From NCBI GenBank assembly GCA_943349725.1, contig CALQZP010000001.1, forward strand, positions 5,401 through 69,400: DNA of 64,000 nucleotides, read 5' to 3'. The translations under genes and the position numbers were made by a program. This DNA comes from Candidatus Nomurabacteria bacterium. GTDB taxonomy: Bacteria > Patescibacteriota > Minisyncoccia > Phycocordibacterales > UBA10002. This document shows positions 17,917 through 28,693 of the stretch, piece after piece (the stretch's first letter is position 1; each line of letters begins with the position of its first letter). The notes below the pieces were generated by a model, which was not told the DNA's origin, made no database searches, and worked only from the letters and a program-made list of their open reading frames with translations.

Positions 17917-18978
17917 ATGAGTTTCTACTCACGCGGAATTGACTTCGGATCCGTGCTTCAAGCATCGGGTGCAAGAAACTTCCATGGAAAAGGCTACTGG
18001 TATCATTGGCTACTCCATGTCTTCGGTCTTAACTTTCGAGGCTCAACTATCGTAACCCAAACTACCACTTTTGGTCCGCGACCAGGCAACATGCCGCTCA
18101 AAAATGACGGTGTTACTCCTAAAGAGTGGGTCCCGCGTTGCATTATCGTGAATCGACGCAAACAGTGGGTGCTGAATGCGGTCAGTCTAAGTGGCCCGGG
18201 ACTTGAGTTCTGCATTAAGGCTGGTTGGTGGCAGAGGTTTACCGAGCCGTTTTTGATTTCGGTCATGTCCCCACAGCCGACACACGAAGGACGGCAAGCG
18301 GAACTCGAAGCCATATTTCACAGGCTTGCGGTTGCGAAAAGAGATGAACACTTCCATGCCGACTGGGGCATTCAGGTGAACCTCTCCTGCCCGAATGAAG
18401 GAGTGGACCCGAACGACCTTATCGACGCAGTGGTGCCGATGCTTGAGATGGCGGAGAAACTTCTCCCCGACTCGATACCACTTACGCTGAAATTTGGACC
18501 AGAAGCACACCCACGCTCCATGCTCCGCATTGCAAATCACCCTCGCTGTGACGCCATTTGCTTCTGCAACACCCTTCCGTTTGGAAAACAGCCGAAATGG
18601 GCAACGAGGACTCCGCAGGTTGACTGGAAAGCACTCTTTGGCACCGACGACCCGAAAGAATCGCCGATGGCCAAGCGTTTCCCTGGATTTGCAGGAGGTC
18701 TCTCAGGCGCCCCGCTCAAACCATTTCTCATTGAGTGGTTGGAGCAGGTGCGTGGACTCGGAATCCAGAAATCAGTCATCGCCGGAGGAGGACTGCTCTC
18801 CCCGAACGACGCACGGCTCGCCTTTGATGCGGGTGCGGACGCCATTTCACCGGGTTCGATTGCCATGCTTGCACCAACACAGCTTCGGCCGATGATTCGG
18901 GAAGCACACCGCTATGCCGAAAAAAAGAAGCGGAGTCAGTTTACACTTACCTCTCACCTCTTCGCACACACCGCCTGA
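17917..18978 (+). CDS. pyrD: dihydroorotate dehydrogenase (divergent)
   Basis: LNAVSLSGPG, VNLSCPN, NT, GGLSG, IAGGG motifs. Confidence 0.85.
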   Translation: MSFYSRGIDFGSVLQASGARNFHGKGYWYHWLLHVFGLNFRGSTIVTQTTTFGPRPGNMPLKNDGVTPKEWVPRCIIVNRRKQWVLNAVSLSGPGLEFCIKAGWWQRFTEPFLISVMSPQPTHEGRQAELEAIFHRLAVAKRDEHFHADWGIQVNLSCPNEGVDPNDLIDAVVPMLEMAEKLLPDSIPLTLKFGPEAHPRSMLRIANHPRCDAICFCNTLPFGKQPKWATRTPQVDWKALFGTDDPKESPMAKRFPGFAGGLSGAPLKPFLIEWLEQVRGLGIQKSVIAGGGLLSPNDARLAFDAGADAISPGSIAMLAPTQLRPMIREAHRYAEKKKRSQFTLTSHLFAHTA

Positions 18979-19086
18979 TTGCACTCCTTTCAGGACGTTT
19001 TAGCCCCGCTCGACTCATCTGTCGAGTGGGGTTGCTTTTTGCACTTGGAAAGATAGGATGTGAGAAGTTTTGAAAAATAAAAATGT

Positions 19087-20268
19087 ATGAAACTCATCGG
19101 ACCGACCTACCAACCGACACAGCCTGCACACGTAGGTACTCGTCGCGCCTTTACCAAATTCGTGTTCACGCACGGACATGCACGAAATGTGCCATTCGGC
19201 AGTGCCCTTGAAGAACCGATACCCCGAATGAAGCTCGCTGTTGTTACCACTTCGTGGTGGGCACAGTGGGAAAACTGGCAACCCAACACCGACATCCCTG
19301 GACCCATTTGCGTGGCGGAAGATGCACTTTTATATCACGAGTGGCTCAAAGGGTTTACCCCGGGAACGGAGAAAAAGGTACTGCGTCACAACGTGGTGCT
19401 CAAGCTTACTGCACGCACAACCTACGAAATACTGAATCGGGCAAAAAAGTGTGGGTTCTATGTCGTTAAAATTTACCCTGACGGGGTAACTACCAACTCC
19501 GAAGGTGGCTGGAGTTCGCTTACCGAGCTTTACCCCGCCATTCAATCGGCGGTGGAGCTTGGCTTCATCGTTATGTTCCATGGTGAACAGCCTGGGGAGG
19601 ACATTGATACCTACGCACGAGAGATTGTCTTCATGGAAAAGAGCTTTAAACAAGTCGCGAAAGACTTCGCCGGAGCAAACCTAGATGTGCAACATATTTC
19701 GTGTAAGCGAACACTTGAAATGGTGGGGGAAATGCCCGCGAATATAACTGGAGGCCTTACCATTCATCACCTTATCCTTACACGAAATGATGTACTGGAA
19801 TGGAAAAAGGGTAAACGTCGCGGAATGAATCCACACAATCACTGTCGACCTCCCGCACAACAGTTCCACGATCGCGATGCACTTCTCTATGCGGCACTCC
19901 ATGCCGATGAAACTGCATACCGCAAGTTCCACCTTGGACCGGATTCTGCCCCACACCACACACATGACAAGGAATGCGATTGTGGCTGTGCGGGACTGTG
20001 TACGTCCCCGAATGCAGGACCGGTGCTCGTGGAGCTCTATGAGAACAACGATCGGTTGGATCATCCGTCCTTTCATGCGTTTACCATCGGAAACGGCGCA
20101 CGTATATTCAACGTACAGGTTGACCCCTCGCAAACATTCACGCTGGAAAAGGGGCTTTGGGCCGTTCCCGAGAAGTACGGTGGAGTGACACCGTTCTGGG
20201 CGGGACGTGAGCTTCAATGGAAACCAATTGAGCCTATGGCCTTGAACCCGAGTCTGCTCCTGTCTTAA
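19087..20268 (+). CDS. pyrC: dihydroorotase (E. coli PyrC type)
   Basis: HGHAR, KIYPDGVTTNS, HGE, LGPDSAPH, CGCAG. Confidence 0.88.
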   Translation: MKLIGPTYQPTQPAHVGTRRAFTKFVFTHGHARNVPFGSALEEPIPRMKLAVVTTSWWAQWENWQPNTDIPGPICVAEDALLYHEWLKGFTPGTEKKVLRHNVVLKLTARTTYEILNRAKKCGFYVVKIYPDGVTTNSEGGWSSLTELYPAIQSAVELGFIVMFHGEQPGEDIDTYAREIVFMEKSFKQVAKDFAGANLDVQHISCKRTLEMVGEMPANITGGLTIHHLILTRNDVLEWKKGKRRGMNPHNHCRPPAQQFHDRDALLYAALHADETAYRKFHLGPDSAPHHTHDKECDCGCAGLCTSPNAGPVLVELYENNDRLDHPSFHAFTIGNGARIFNVQVDPSQTFTLEKGLWAVPEKYGGVTPFWAGRELQWKPIEPMALNPSLLLS

Positions 20269-20353
20269 TCGTCAGGCTCGTCCACACAGAACACCAAGAC
20301 CGACCCCACAAAGGCCGGTCTTTTTTAATGACAGGTCTGACCTGTGATTTCTA

Positions 20354-21070
20354 CTAGAGGGTCAGAATGAGGCGCTCCAGCGCGATTTCAAAATTGTGGA
20401 TGCCTCGATGGGCATCGTGGTACATATGCACAAAAGACGAGGAGAGCTGTTTGAGTTCGTCCTCTTTATAATTTTTGAGAAAACTTTTTGATTTAGAAAA
20501 GGTATATGGCGCAACCCCAGCTTCTCCTGCCGTCTTTGCGGTAGAGGCAACGAGCATTGATTTGAGCTGCCAAAACAAAATCCCATGAATTTCTTCGGGA
20601 ACGGCGCCACCTGCTACCGCTTTTTGAAACAGCACCCACAAACTCTTTTTATCGCGTTTCCCAAACGCGTCTGTGAGCGAAAAGATATCGAAATCGGGCT
20701 TCCCTTTCCCCTCCTTGCTCTCAAACAATTGCACCTTCTCGGCTACATTGGTTATGGAAAGCAGTGCTTTCTTATCCAGCTCCTCCTCAACCATCACAAA
20801 CACATTGGGAGAGGCGCCGACCTCGTCCAGTCTATCCAGAAAGATTTCCTTTGCCTCTTTGTTCTCAAAGAGCGAAACAACCTCAACAATATATGAATTG
20901 TTGAATAGCCCCTGCCCTGCCGATAGTTCCTGAAGCTTCGCTTCGTTAAAATTCTCGGAGTCAATGCGAAACAGCTCCGCATCCGGCTTTTTTTTCAGCA
21001 GACTTTGCACAAGCGCACTCGCCTTCTCGCGCACGCTGTCTTTATCCTTGCCGTAAAAGAGATATAACAT
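20354..21070 (-). CDS. holA: DNA polymerase III delta subunit (short CPR form)
   Basis: MLYLFYGKD, QGLF, FDIFSLTDAF, LERLIL. Confidence 0.8.
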   Translation of the reverse strand: MLYLFYGKDKDSVREKASALVQSLLKKKPDAELFRIDSENFNEAKLQELSAGQGLFNNSYIVEVVSLFENKEAKEIFLDRLDEVGASPNVFVMVEEELDKKALLSITNVAEKVQLFESKEGKGKPDFDIFSLTDAFGKRDKKSLWVLFQKAVAGGAVPEEIHGILFWQLKSMLVASTAKTAGEAGVAPYTFSKSKSFLKNYKEDELKQLSSSFVHMYHDAHRGIHNFEIALERLILTL

Positions 21071-21194
21071 CTAAGAAGTAAGTAGCTAGTAGAAAGTAGT
21101 TAGTAGTATACAAAAAAGACAATAAAAAATCCCAGCCGTTCTACTTTTGGCTGGGATTAATCAGGTTACAGGACTCCGGCATCCGTCACAGTGA

Positions 21195-21716
21195 TCAAAG
21201 TGAACTTCCGTTTACAAAAAAGGGGTATACCGAGAAGTAGAAGAAAACAATATACAACGTCAACCATACCTTACTCAAGCGAGTCCTCGGAGCAGAAAGT
21301 ATGTTGGCGATAATACCAAACAACAACAGAAGTACAAAAGCTATGGTTTGGATGAGATACGAAGGAAAAGACCAACCAACTGTCTCAAGGATCGACCCAA
21401 AAAGTACCTGAACAAAGAAGTCTAAAGGGGGAAATATCAGCAAAATTGATACAGCGATCACCAGCCGATTTAAATACTCAACTACCCGTAGCACATTCGC
21501 CCACGGCGTTGTTTCCTTAGTCAACGCAGGGGAACGATAGAGCCAAGGAAGAACGTACTGTACGTACAGAAAGAGGGTGCCTGTACCTACAAGCAAAGGG
21601 AGAAAGCTGTATATCATAGGCATTAATTCACCATCACGAGCAGAGAGACTGAGCGCGAACAGCATAAAGACTCCAAAGAAAGTCAGTCCCGCATTTACAA
21701 TTTTGCTGTTTTTCAT
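21195..21716 (-). CDS. hypothetical membrane protein
   Basis: Multi-TM ORF; start MKNSKIV preferred because the longer ORF overlaps polA. Confidence 0.65.
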   Translation of the reverse strand: MKNSKIVNAGLTFFGVFMLFALSLSARDGELMPMIYSFLPLLVGTGTLFLYVQYVLPWLYRSPALTKETTPWANVLRVVEYLNRLVIAVSILLIFPPLDFFVQVLFGSILETVGWSFPSYLIQTIAFVLLLLFGIIANILSAPRTRLSKVWLTLYIVFFYFSVYPFFVNGSSL

Positions 21717-21735
21717 AGTTATATAACTATAGCAT

Positions 21736-24294
21736 CTATCGCATCTTCTCCATCTCCCCCCAATTATCCCCGATAGAGGCTTCGGCAACAATGGGGACGC
21801 CGTGCGTAACCTTCGGGTCCAAAACCCGCTCCATAATTTGTTTTATATCCATCGCCACTTTCTCCGCGAGTTCTTCTTTCACTTCGTAGACCAGTTCATC
21901 GTGCACTTGGAGAATAAGTGACGCATCTCCTTCCAGCTTTTCGGCTTTGAGATACTCGTCCACCTTTACCATCGCGAGCTTTACAATGTCCGCGCCGGTG
22001 CCTTGCATGGGGGCATTGGCGGCCTGGCGCTCCGCGGAAGAACGAATGTAGGGGATGTTGGAGTGGATAGCTTCATGGTAGCGCCTGCGACCAAACAGTG
22101 TTTCGGTAAAGCCTTGTGTATGTGCGACTCTCTTGGTTTCCTCTAGATAACCAGCAAGTTCATAAAACCGAGAGAAGTATTCGTCAAAAAACATCTGCGC
22201 GTCTTCGCGCGAAATGGGTAGCCCGCCTTCCCCGAGTGCTTGGCGGAGCGAATTGACCCCCATTCCGTACAGAATACCGAAGTTAATCACCTTGGCCTGA
22301 CGACGCATTTCCTTGGTCACCTTATCGCGTGACACGTTAAAGACTTCAGCGGCTACAGAGGTGTGGACGTCCTCACCGTTCTTAAAAATCTCAACAAACT
22401 TTTTATCACCCGAAAGTATTGCCGCGATACGAAGTTCAATTTGCGAATAGTCTATGGATATGAGTTTGTTCCCTGTCTCCGCGCAAAAGGCGTTTCTGAT
22501 ACGTCGCCCGAGCTCGGTCTGAATGGGGATATTTTGCAAATTCGGATTCTGGGAAGCCATTCGTCCCGTCGTGCTCCCTGCCGAAAGAAACTTGGCATGG
22601 AGTCTCCCGTCCGAGCTCACCATCGCCGGAATGTTATCAATGTAGGTTGAAAGTAGTTTCTGAAACTCGCGATACTCTAAAATCTTGCCGATAATCGGGT
22701 GAAGCTCCCGCATCTTTTCAAGCTCGCTCTCTTTAGTGGAAAGCGCGCCTCCCGCCGTCTTCTTTTGTCGCAAGGCTTTGAGCCCCATTTTTACAAACAG
22801 GACTTCACCGAGCTGTTTCGGAGAATTGATGTTAAACGTTACCCCCGCCATCTTCACGATATCCTTTTCGCGCGAGGATAACTCTTTGTGATATTCCTTT
22901 GAGAGACCCTGAAGATACGCCACATCCACATGCACACCTCGCTCGTTCATACGGTCAACGACAGGAATGAGTGGCCGTTCAATCTCTTCAAAGACTCGCG
23001 AAAGTTTCCGCACCTTGAGCTCGTCAAATACCGCTTCGCGAGCCTTATTCCACTCTTTTGTCTGCGCAAACCCGTAAATATCATCAAGTTTGGGGTTGGT
23101 AATGGCGGAATTGATAAGCCAGAGCGCCACGCTTGCTTCCTTAAGCTCCTGTGGAGGAATACCCGACGTCGCAAGAACATCCGTAAGCGAAGCCTGCGAC
23201 GGCCCCTCTTGTGTCTTTCGCGGAGTTGTCTTTTTCTTCTCCTCCCCTCCTGCCTGAAGATTGAGAGGGCTTTCTTCATCATTCTTACTTCTGTATTCTG
23301 TATTCTGTATTCTTTGCACCGCTTCCTCAAGTCTCGGCAAGAGCTGTCTAAACTCAAGCTGTGTAAACAGTGCTTCTGCTTTCGGTAGGTCAACGCTTTC
23401 GCACCAGAGCTTTTCCGGTAGCGAGAAATCTATCGGCACGTCACGACGAATGGTTCCCAAAAGTTTACTAAACTCGGCCTCTTCCTTTCCCTTCTCCAAA
23501 AGTTCAATTGTCCGAGGCTTTACCGAAGTTCTGAGTTTTGAGTTTTTAGTTTTAAGTTGTTTGTAAATATTCTCAACACTCCCAAAGTTCACGATAAGGT
23601 CGGTCGCGGTTTTGTCGCCAATACCGGCCACCCCTTTGATATTGTCGGATGGGTCCCCTTTGAGCCCTTTAAAATCCGGCAAAAGCTCCGGTCCAAATCC
23701 AAACCGTGCCTTCACGGCTTCCTCGTCGTACAAAATCGTATCGTTAATACCCTTTTTGAGCGTAAAGACCTGCACCTTTTTGTCGGTCACGAGTTGAAGC
23801 GCGTCCATATCACCGGTTGCGATGACAATATCAATGGCTTCACTTTTTACTTTCAACTTTTTACTTTCAACTTGGGCAACGATAGTGCCCAGCACATCGT
23901 CAGCCTCAAAACCTTCTTTGTCGTAAATGGGAATATTAAACGCATCAAAAATTTCTCGCGAACGTATCATCTGGGCGACAAGCGCCTCGTCCGCCTTGGC
24001 GCGCCCCTCCTTGTAGGCCTTATAGGCTTCATGCCTGAAGGTGGGCTTCGGAAGGTCATACGCAGCAACAATATAGTCGGGGTGAAAGATTGTGATGATT
24101 TTGAGAATCATCGTGGAGAGCCCGTAAAGACCGCCCGTAGGCTCGCCTCGCGAGCTCGTAAACTGCGGAAGAGCATGATACGCGCGGTGCAAGACCGCGT
24201 GCGCATCAATAAGCACGAGGAGCTTTGGTTCTTCCAGCTTCCCCTTTTTGGGTTTAGAAGGGGTGTTTTCGCCGATTTTCGGAGCCTTTGGCAT
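21736..24294 (-). CDS. polA: DNA polymerase I
   Basis: 5'-3' exonuclease (EADD, GDPSDN) and Pol A motifs DYSQIELR, KVINFGILYG, QVHDEL. Confidence 0.97.
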   Translation of the reverse strand: MPKAPKIGENTPSKPKKGKLEEPKLLVLIDAHAVLHRAYHALPQFTSSRGEPTGGLYGLSTMILKIITIFHPDYIVAAYDLPKPTFRHEAYKAYKEGRAKADEALVAQMIRSREIFDAFNIPIYDKEGFEADDVLGTIVAQVESKKLKVKSEAIDIVIATGDMDALQLVTDKKVQVFTLKKGINDTILYDEEAVKARFGFGPELLPDFKGLKGDPSDNIKGVAGIGDKTATDLIVNFGSVENIYKQLKTKNSKLRTSVKPRTIELLEKGKEEAEFSKLLGTIRRDVPIDFSLPEKLWCESVDLPKAEALFTQLEFRQLLPRLEEAVQRIQNTEYRSKNDEESPLNLQAGGEEKKKTTPRKTQEGPSQASLTDVLATSGIPPQELKEASVALWLINSAITNPKLDDIYGFAQTKEWNKAREAVFDELKVRKLSRVFEEIERPLIPVVDRMNERGVHVDVAYLQGLSKEYHKELSSREKDIVKMAGVTFNINSPKQLGEVLFVKMGLKALRQKKTAGGALSTKESELEKMRELHPIIGKILEYREFQKLLSTYIDNIPAMVSSDGRLHAKFLSAGSTTGRMASQNPNLQNIPIQTELGRRIRNAFCAETGNKLISIDYSQIELRIAAILSGDKKFVEIFKNGEDVHTSVAAEVFNVSRDKVTKEMRRQAKVINFGILYGMGVNSLRQALGEGGLPISREDAQMFFDEYFSRFYELAGYLEETKRVAHTQGFTETLFGRRRYHEAIHSNIPYIRSSAERQAANAPMQGTGADIVKLAMVKVDEYLKAEKLEGDASLILQVHDELVYEVKEELAEKVAMDIKQIMERVLDPKVTHGVPIVAEASIGDNWGEMEKMR

Positions 24295-24311
24295 AGGAGA
24301 ATTGTAGCACT

Positions 24312-24743
24312 TTATAGGCGTATCTGGCGGGTAGTGTCGTCTATGAATTCAAAATAAAGCTTTTGGTGGTCTTGGGGCAAGAGGTCGGCCACCTTATCCG
24401 CCCATTCAATGAGAATGAGGTTCTGGGGGTCGGCGAGAAGCTCGTCAAAGCGGAGTTTGCGAAGCTCATCCGAGCTTTTGAGTCTGTACGCATCAATATG
24501 AATAAGAAGACGGTAGAGAGTAGAAGGTAGAGGGTAGGATTTCATAATCAGAAACGTGGGGCTGTTTACTGTTTCAGAGATGCCGAGCGCTTTGGCGACC
24601 GCCTGCGTGAAGGTAGTCTTCCCCGCCCCAAGGTCGCCGTACAGCCCGACAACCGTCGCCCGAGTAGGGAGTGGCGCAAGGCTACTGGCGTAATCTGTAG
24701 CCATTTTTGTGAACTCACCTAACGTATAGAGGTTTGATTGCAT
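24312..24743 (-). CDS. tsaE: tRNA threonylcarbamoyladenosine ATPase TsaE
   Basis: GDLGAGKTTF, SPTF, HIDAYRL, LIEW. Confidence 0.95.
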   Translation of the reverse strand: MQSNLYTLGEFTKMATDYASSLAPLPTRATVVGLYGDLGAGKTTFTQAVAKALGISETVNSPTFLIMKSYPLPSTLYRLLIHIDAYRLKSSDELRKLRFDELLADPQNLILIEWADKVADLLPQDHQKLYFEFIDDTTRQIRL

Positions 24744-24900
24744 AAAAAGAGCATAGCACGCCTTGAATAGTGAAGTAAGAATAATGAATTAAGGTGATAT
24801 CTTCCCTTACCATACTTCCTAATTCATACTTCATAATTCACTCCAATATTGTGCTACAATGATCCGTAATTCTATATTCCACATTCATTATTCTATTTTT

Positions 24901-26571
24901 ATGGTTACTTTTGATGATGAAAAAGAAGAACGAGAGCTGGATGAGGTGCGCCTTACGGAGGAAGAGGACCTTATCAAGTTTCTTGCCGATAAACACGGCC
25001 TCCCGTATATAGACCTCCTCACGTTTTCCGTAGAAAATGACGCCCTCCGCCTGCTACCCGAAGCCGAAGCACGAGCAGGCAAACTCGCCGTATTTTCCCT
25101 CAATGGGAAAAAAGTAAGTGTTGCCATCTTTACGCCAAACACCCCTGAAGTGCAGACCGCTCTCAAAAAAATTGAAACTGCGGGGTATCACACCGAGGTA
25201 TATATGGCTACAACCAAAAGCCTTGAGAAGGCGTGGCTACATTACCAAGAAATATCTCACGCAACACTAAGTCACGCGGGAACCGTTGATATGAGTGTGG
25301 AGGGGGTAAAGGAGGCGGCGACCAACATTAAGCACCTACCAGACGTTATTCCCCAGATAGAGGCGGTGGTCACCTCCAAGGAGCAAAATCGTATTTCCCG
25401 CCTGATAGAGGTCATTATGGGCGCGGCCATCGCGCTTGATGCGTCCGACATTCACATTGAGCCAGAAGAAACGTACATACAACTTAGATTCCGTCTTGAT
25501 GGTATTTTGCAGGAGGTCGTTAAGCTTGACCACGCGACATACAAGCTCCTCAATTCACGTATCAAGCTCCTCTCCGGCCTCAAGCTCAACGTCAAAGCAG
25601 AGGCGCAGGACGGGCGCTTCAGCGTAGACTTGGGTGAGAGCGCGATTGAAATACGTACCTCCCTCCTCCCCGGTGCCTATGGCGAATCCATCGTTATGCG
25701 TCTTCTTGACCCGAAATCAATTTCGGTTCCGCTTGAATCCTTAGGTATGCACCCGATTCTTCTTGGCGTCGTAGAACATGAAATAGCAAAACCAAACGGT
25801 ATGCTCCTCACCACTGGCCCTACCGGTTCCGGAAAAACGACCACACTCTACGCCTTCCTAAGGAAAATCCACACTCCAGGGGTAAAAATCATTACCATTG
25901 AAGACCCTATTGAGTATCATCTGCAGGGCATCGTACAAACCCAAGTTGAAGTGGCCAAGCATTACACTTTTGCTTCAGGTCTTCGTTCAGCTCTTCGGCA
26001 GGACCCCGACGTTATGATGGTGGGTGAAATCCGAGATGAGGAAACCGCCGAAATCGCCATCAACGCGTCACTTACAGGACACTTGGTGTTCTCCACGCTC
26101 CATACCAACAACGCCGCAGGTACCTTTCCACGCCTCATTGACCTTGGGGTAAATCCAAAGACGATAACCTCCGCCATTAGTCTTGCGATGGCCCAGCGAT
26201 TGGTACGAAAACTGTGCCCTGTGTGCAAGAAAGAGGTGCCTCTTGATGAGGCGACTATGGCGAGATTTACCAAAATGCTCGCCGGTCTTCCTGAAACCGC
26301 GAATCCAGAAAATAAAACAAAGATGTGGACGGCGGTTGGGTGCGATAAATGCAACAATACTGGCTACAAAGGGCGCACAGGTGTCTATGAGGCAATCAAA
26401 GCAGATGCTTCTATTGAGAAGATAGTACTTGAGAACCCGAGCGAGCGTGAAATTGCCGAGGTTGCTCGACCACAAGGCATTCCCACGATGGGACAAGACG
26501 GAATTTTGAAGATTTTGTCCGGAATGACCTCGCTGGAGGAGCTGGAGAGAGTGGTAAACCTAGAATCCTAA
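24901..26571 (+). CDS. GspE/PilB family pilus assembly ATPase
   Basis: ASDIHIEP, GPTGSGKTTTLY, EDPIE, LRQDPD, CxxC pairs. Confidence 0.93.
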   Translation: MVTFDDEKEERELDEVRLTEEEDLIKFLADKHGLPYIDLLTFSVENDALRLLPEAEARAGKLAVFSLNGKKVSVAIFTPNTPEVQTALKKIETAGYHTEVYMATTKSLEKAWLHYQEISHATLSHAGTVDMSVEGVKEAATNIKHLPDVIPQIEAVVTSKEQNRISRLIEVIMGAAIALDASDIHIEPEETYIQLRFRLDGILQEVVKLDHATYKLLNSRIKLLSGLKLNVKAEAQDGRFSVDLGESAIEIRTSLLPGAYGESIVMRLLDPKSISVPLESLGMHPILLGVVEHEIAKPNGMLLTTGPTGSGKTTTLYAFLRKIHTPGVKIITIEDPIEYHLQGIVQTQVEVAKHYTFASGLRSALRQDPDVMMVGEIRDEETAEIAINASLTGHLVFSTLHTNNAAGTFPRLIDLGVNPKTITSAISLAMAQRLVRKLCPVCKKEVPLDEATMARFTKMLAGLPETANPENKTKMWTAVGCDKCNNTGYKGRTGVYEAIKADASIEKIVLENPSEREIAEVARPQGIPTMGQDGILKILSGMTSLEELERVVNLES

Positions 26572-26760
26572 AATCCAATACCCAAACACCAAATCCCAAA
26601 CAACACCCAAAGCCCGAAATCTTCAAACAAAGATTTCTTTCTAGAGATTTTGAGTTTGGAATTTGTGATTTGTTTGGTTTTTGGAGATTGTGATCTGAAA
26701 TTTTCAGCTTGCGAGTGTCTTGACCACAAGCTGATTGAATGACCCGCTACTTTTTTCCGG

Positions 26761-26788
26761 TTGCATACAAAAAAAGCCCGTGTACTAT
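26761..26788 (+). promoter_or_regulatory. putative sigma70 promoter for downstream ncRNA
   Basis: TTGCAT-16 bp-TACTAT. Confidence 0.55.
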
Positions 26789-26861
26789 GGACTTAGTCTT
26801 CTTTTTTAATTCGTGTGAACGACATCGGTAGTGTCGCAGTCCGCATGAGGCGGATGTCATC

Positions 26862-27034
26862 GTTCTAGAGAGGAATCTCTAAGCAATCAAACTTCTAATA
26901 CGTGTACTAAAAGTGAACATAGGACCTAAGGAGTGTTGCAGAGGGGTAAGCCGAAGCAAACTTCCAGAACGTCCTCGGTAAGATGTTGGAACCCGCCGAA
27001 ACGGGCTGATCGCTTAGAGATTTCTACCTAGAAC
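26862..27034 (+). ncRNA. 6S RNA-like rod-shaped ncRNA candidate
   Basis: ~27-bp closing stem, central bubble with 3' hairpin, long apical stem; 173 nt; followed by T-run. Confidence 0.55.
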
Positions 27035-27451
27035 CAATTTTTTTCGCTGTGTGGAACGCCATAAGGATAGTTTTCTCACGGAAAATCCTTACACCCTGCA
27101 GTTGGGCAACAAAAAAATCCCTCGTCGGAATCTTTTTAGCGTACATTTATCAAAAAACCGTCTACAGGATTTTCTTTCTCTCTCCCCTGTGTGCAAACAG
27201 TCTAGCACACAAACAATTCTCTGTCAACCAACTTTCTTACGTTGTCCCCGCGTAGGCGGGGAACCAGAAAGACGGCTCTGTATAAGACTATAATCACTTT
27301 TCTGTCGTGATGTACATTCCTGCAAGTTAGCCCCAGCACTTGGCCTTTAAACTGATTACATTTTGGCGATAATGAGAAAAAGTAGTTACACCTTACAAAG
27401 AAAAATATGTCGTGTGGCCAAGTAACGGGGTAAACCGTACAATTGAGGTCT

Positions 27452-28489
27452 ATGAGTCCACAAGCTTCTCAAAAAGATCCTTCTGCTCCGGCTGTTCCCG
27501 AAGGAAATGACCTCTTTCTTGACCAAGCACTCCGCCCGTCGGTGTGGGACGACTATATCGGGCAAGAAAATATCAAAGAGAACCTGCGAATTCTCCTTAC
27601 CGCGGCAAAAGAACGTTCACATGCGCCCGAACACCTCCTCTTCTATGGTCCTCCGGGACTTGGTAAGACCACACTCGCCCATCTCATCGCGAAAGAGATG
27701 AACGCGCAGATAAAAATTACGTCGGGACCCGCCATCGAGCGCGTGGGTGACCTCGCCTCCATCCTCACCAACCTCTCACCTGGCGATATTCTTTTTATAG
27801 ACGAGATACATCGCCTCTCAAAACAAATTGAAGAGATACTCTACCCCGCGATGGAGTCGGGGAGGCTCGACATCATTATCGGCAAGGGGCCGAGCGCGCG
27901 CACCGTGCAACTTGAGATACCGCCCTTCACGCTTATCGCCGCGACCACTCGTATCGCGATGCTCTCTTCCCCACTTCGTTCCCGTTTCAGTGGAGGAACG
28001 TTCCGCTTGGAGTACTACACACAAGATGAGATTGAAAAAATCCTTTCTCGCTCCGCAAAAATCCTCGGCATAGAATCCAAAGATGGTTCACTCAAAGAAA
28101 TTGCGATGCGCAGTCGCTCTACACCGAGAACCGCCAATTATCTACTGAAGCGCTCGCGCGACTTCGCCCAGGTGGGTAAACGTCCCCTCTCAAAAGAGTC
28201 CGTAAAGGAGGCACTGAAGCTCCTCGGTGTTGATGAGCTCGGTCTCCACCCTTCCGACCGCTCGCTTCTTACCGTCCTCATTGAAAAATTCGGTGGAGGG
28301 CCGGTGGGGCTTAGCACCCTCGGCGCTGCGCTCTCCGAGGAGATGGCCACTATCGAAGACGTGCACGAACCCTACCTCATTCAGCTCGGCCTCCTTGAAC
28401 GCACCCCTCGTGGCCGCACTGCAACCCCACGGGCTTACGAGCACCTCAAAACCAAAGGAAAATTAGCGCCGCAAGAAAAACTTTTGTAA
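27452..28489 (+). CDS. ruvB: Holliday junction DNA helicase RuvB
   Basis: [32 protein letters not shown]. Confidence 0.97.
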   Translation: MSPQASQKDPSAPAVPEGNDLFLDQALRPSVWDDYIGQENIKENLRILLTAAKERSHAPEHLLFYGPPGLGKTTLAHLIAKEMNAQIKITSGPAIERVGDLASILTNLSPGDILFIDEIHRLSKQIEEILYPAMESGRLDIIIGKGPSARTVQLEIPPFTLIAATTRIAMLSSPLRSRFSGGTFRLEYYTQDEIEKILSRSAKILGIESKDGSLKEIAMRSRSTPRTANYLLKRSRDFAQVGKRPLSKESVKEALKLLGVDELGLHPSDRSLLTVLIEKFGGGPVGLSTLGAALSEEMATIEDVHEPYLIQLGLLERTPRGRTATPRAYEHLKTKGKLAPQEKLL

Positions 28490-28693
28490 TTACTTAAAAT
28501 CTTCATCTCGAAGATTCGCTTGCCGAAGGATTGATTTGAATGTGCCGATAGGCACCTCCTTTCTGTTTGCAGGAACAATCACCACATACCCGTCTTTTTC
28601 GAATTTAGCATGACTGCCTTTTTGAGAAATAAAAGTAAAACCGCATCGCAAGAGAACGCACTCAATATGACGTGAGGAGTAAAATTTAGGCAT
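28490..28693 (-). CDS. HicA family toxin
   Basis: GF..SQKGSHAKF..VP..GTFKSILRQA. Confidence 0.9.
   Translation of the reverse strand: MPKFYSSRHIECVLLRCGFTFISQKGSHAKFEKDGYVVIVPANRKEVPIGTFKSILRQANLRDEDFK

Noticed and set aside
27049-27293. Short ORFs upstream of ruvB
   Set aside because: GTG starts, no motifs, hairpin-rich context
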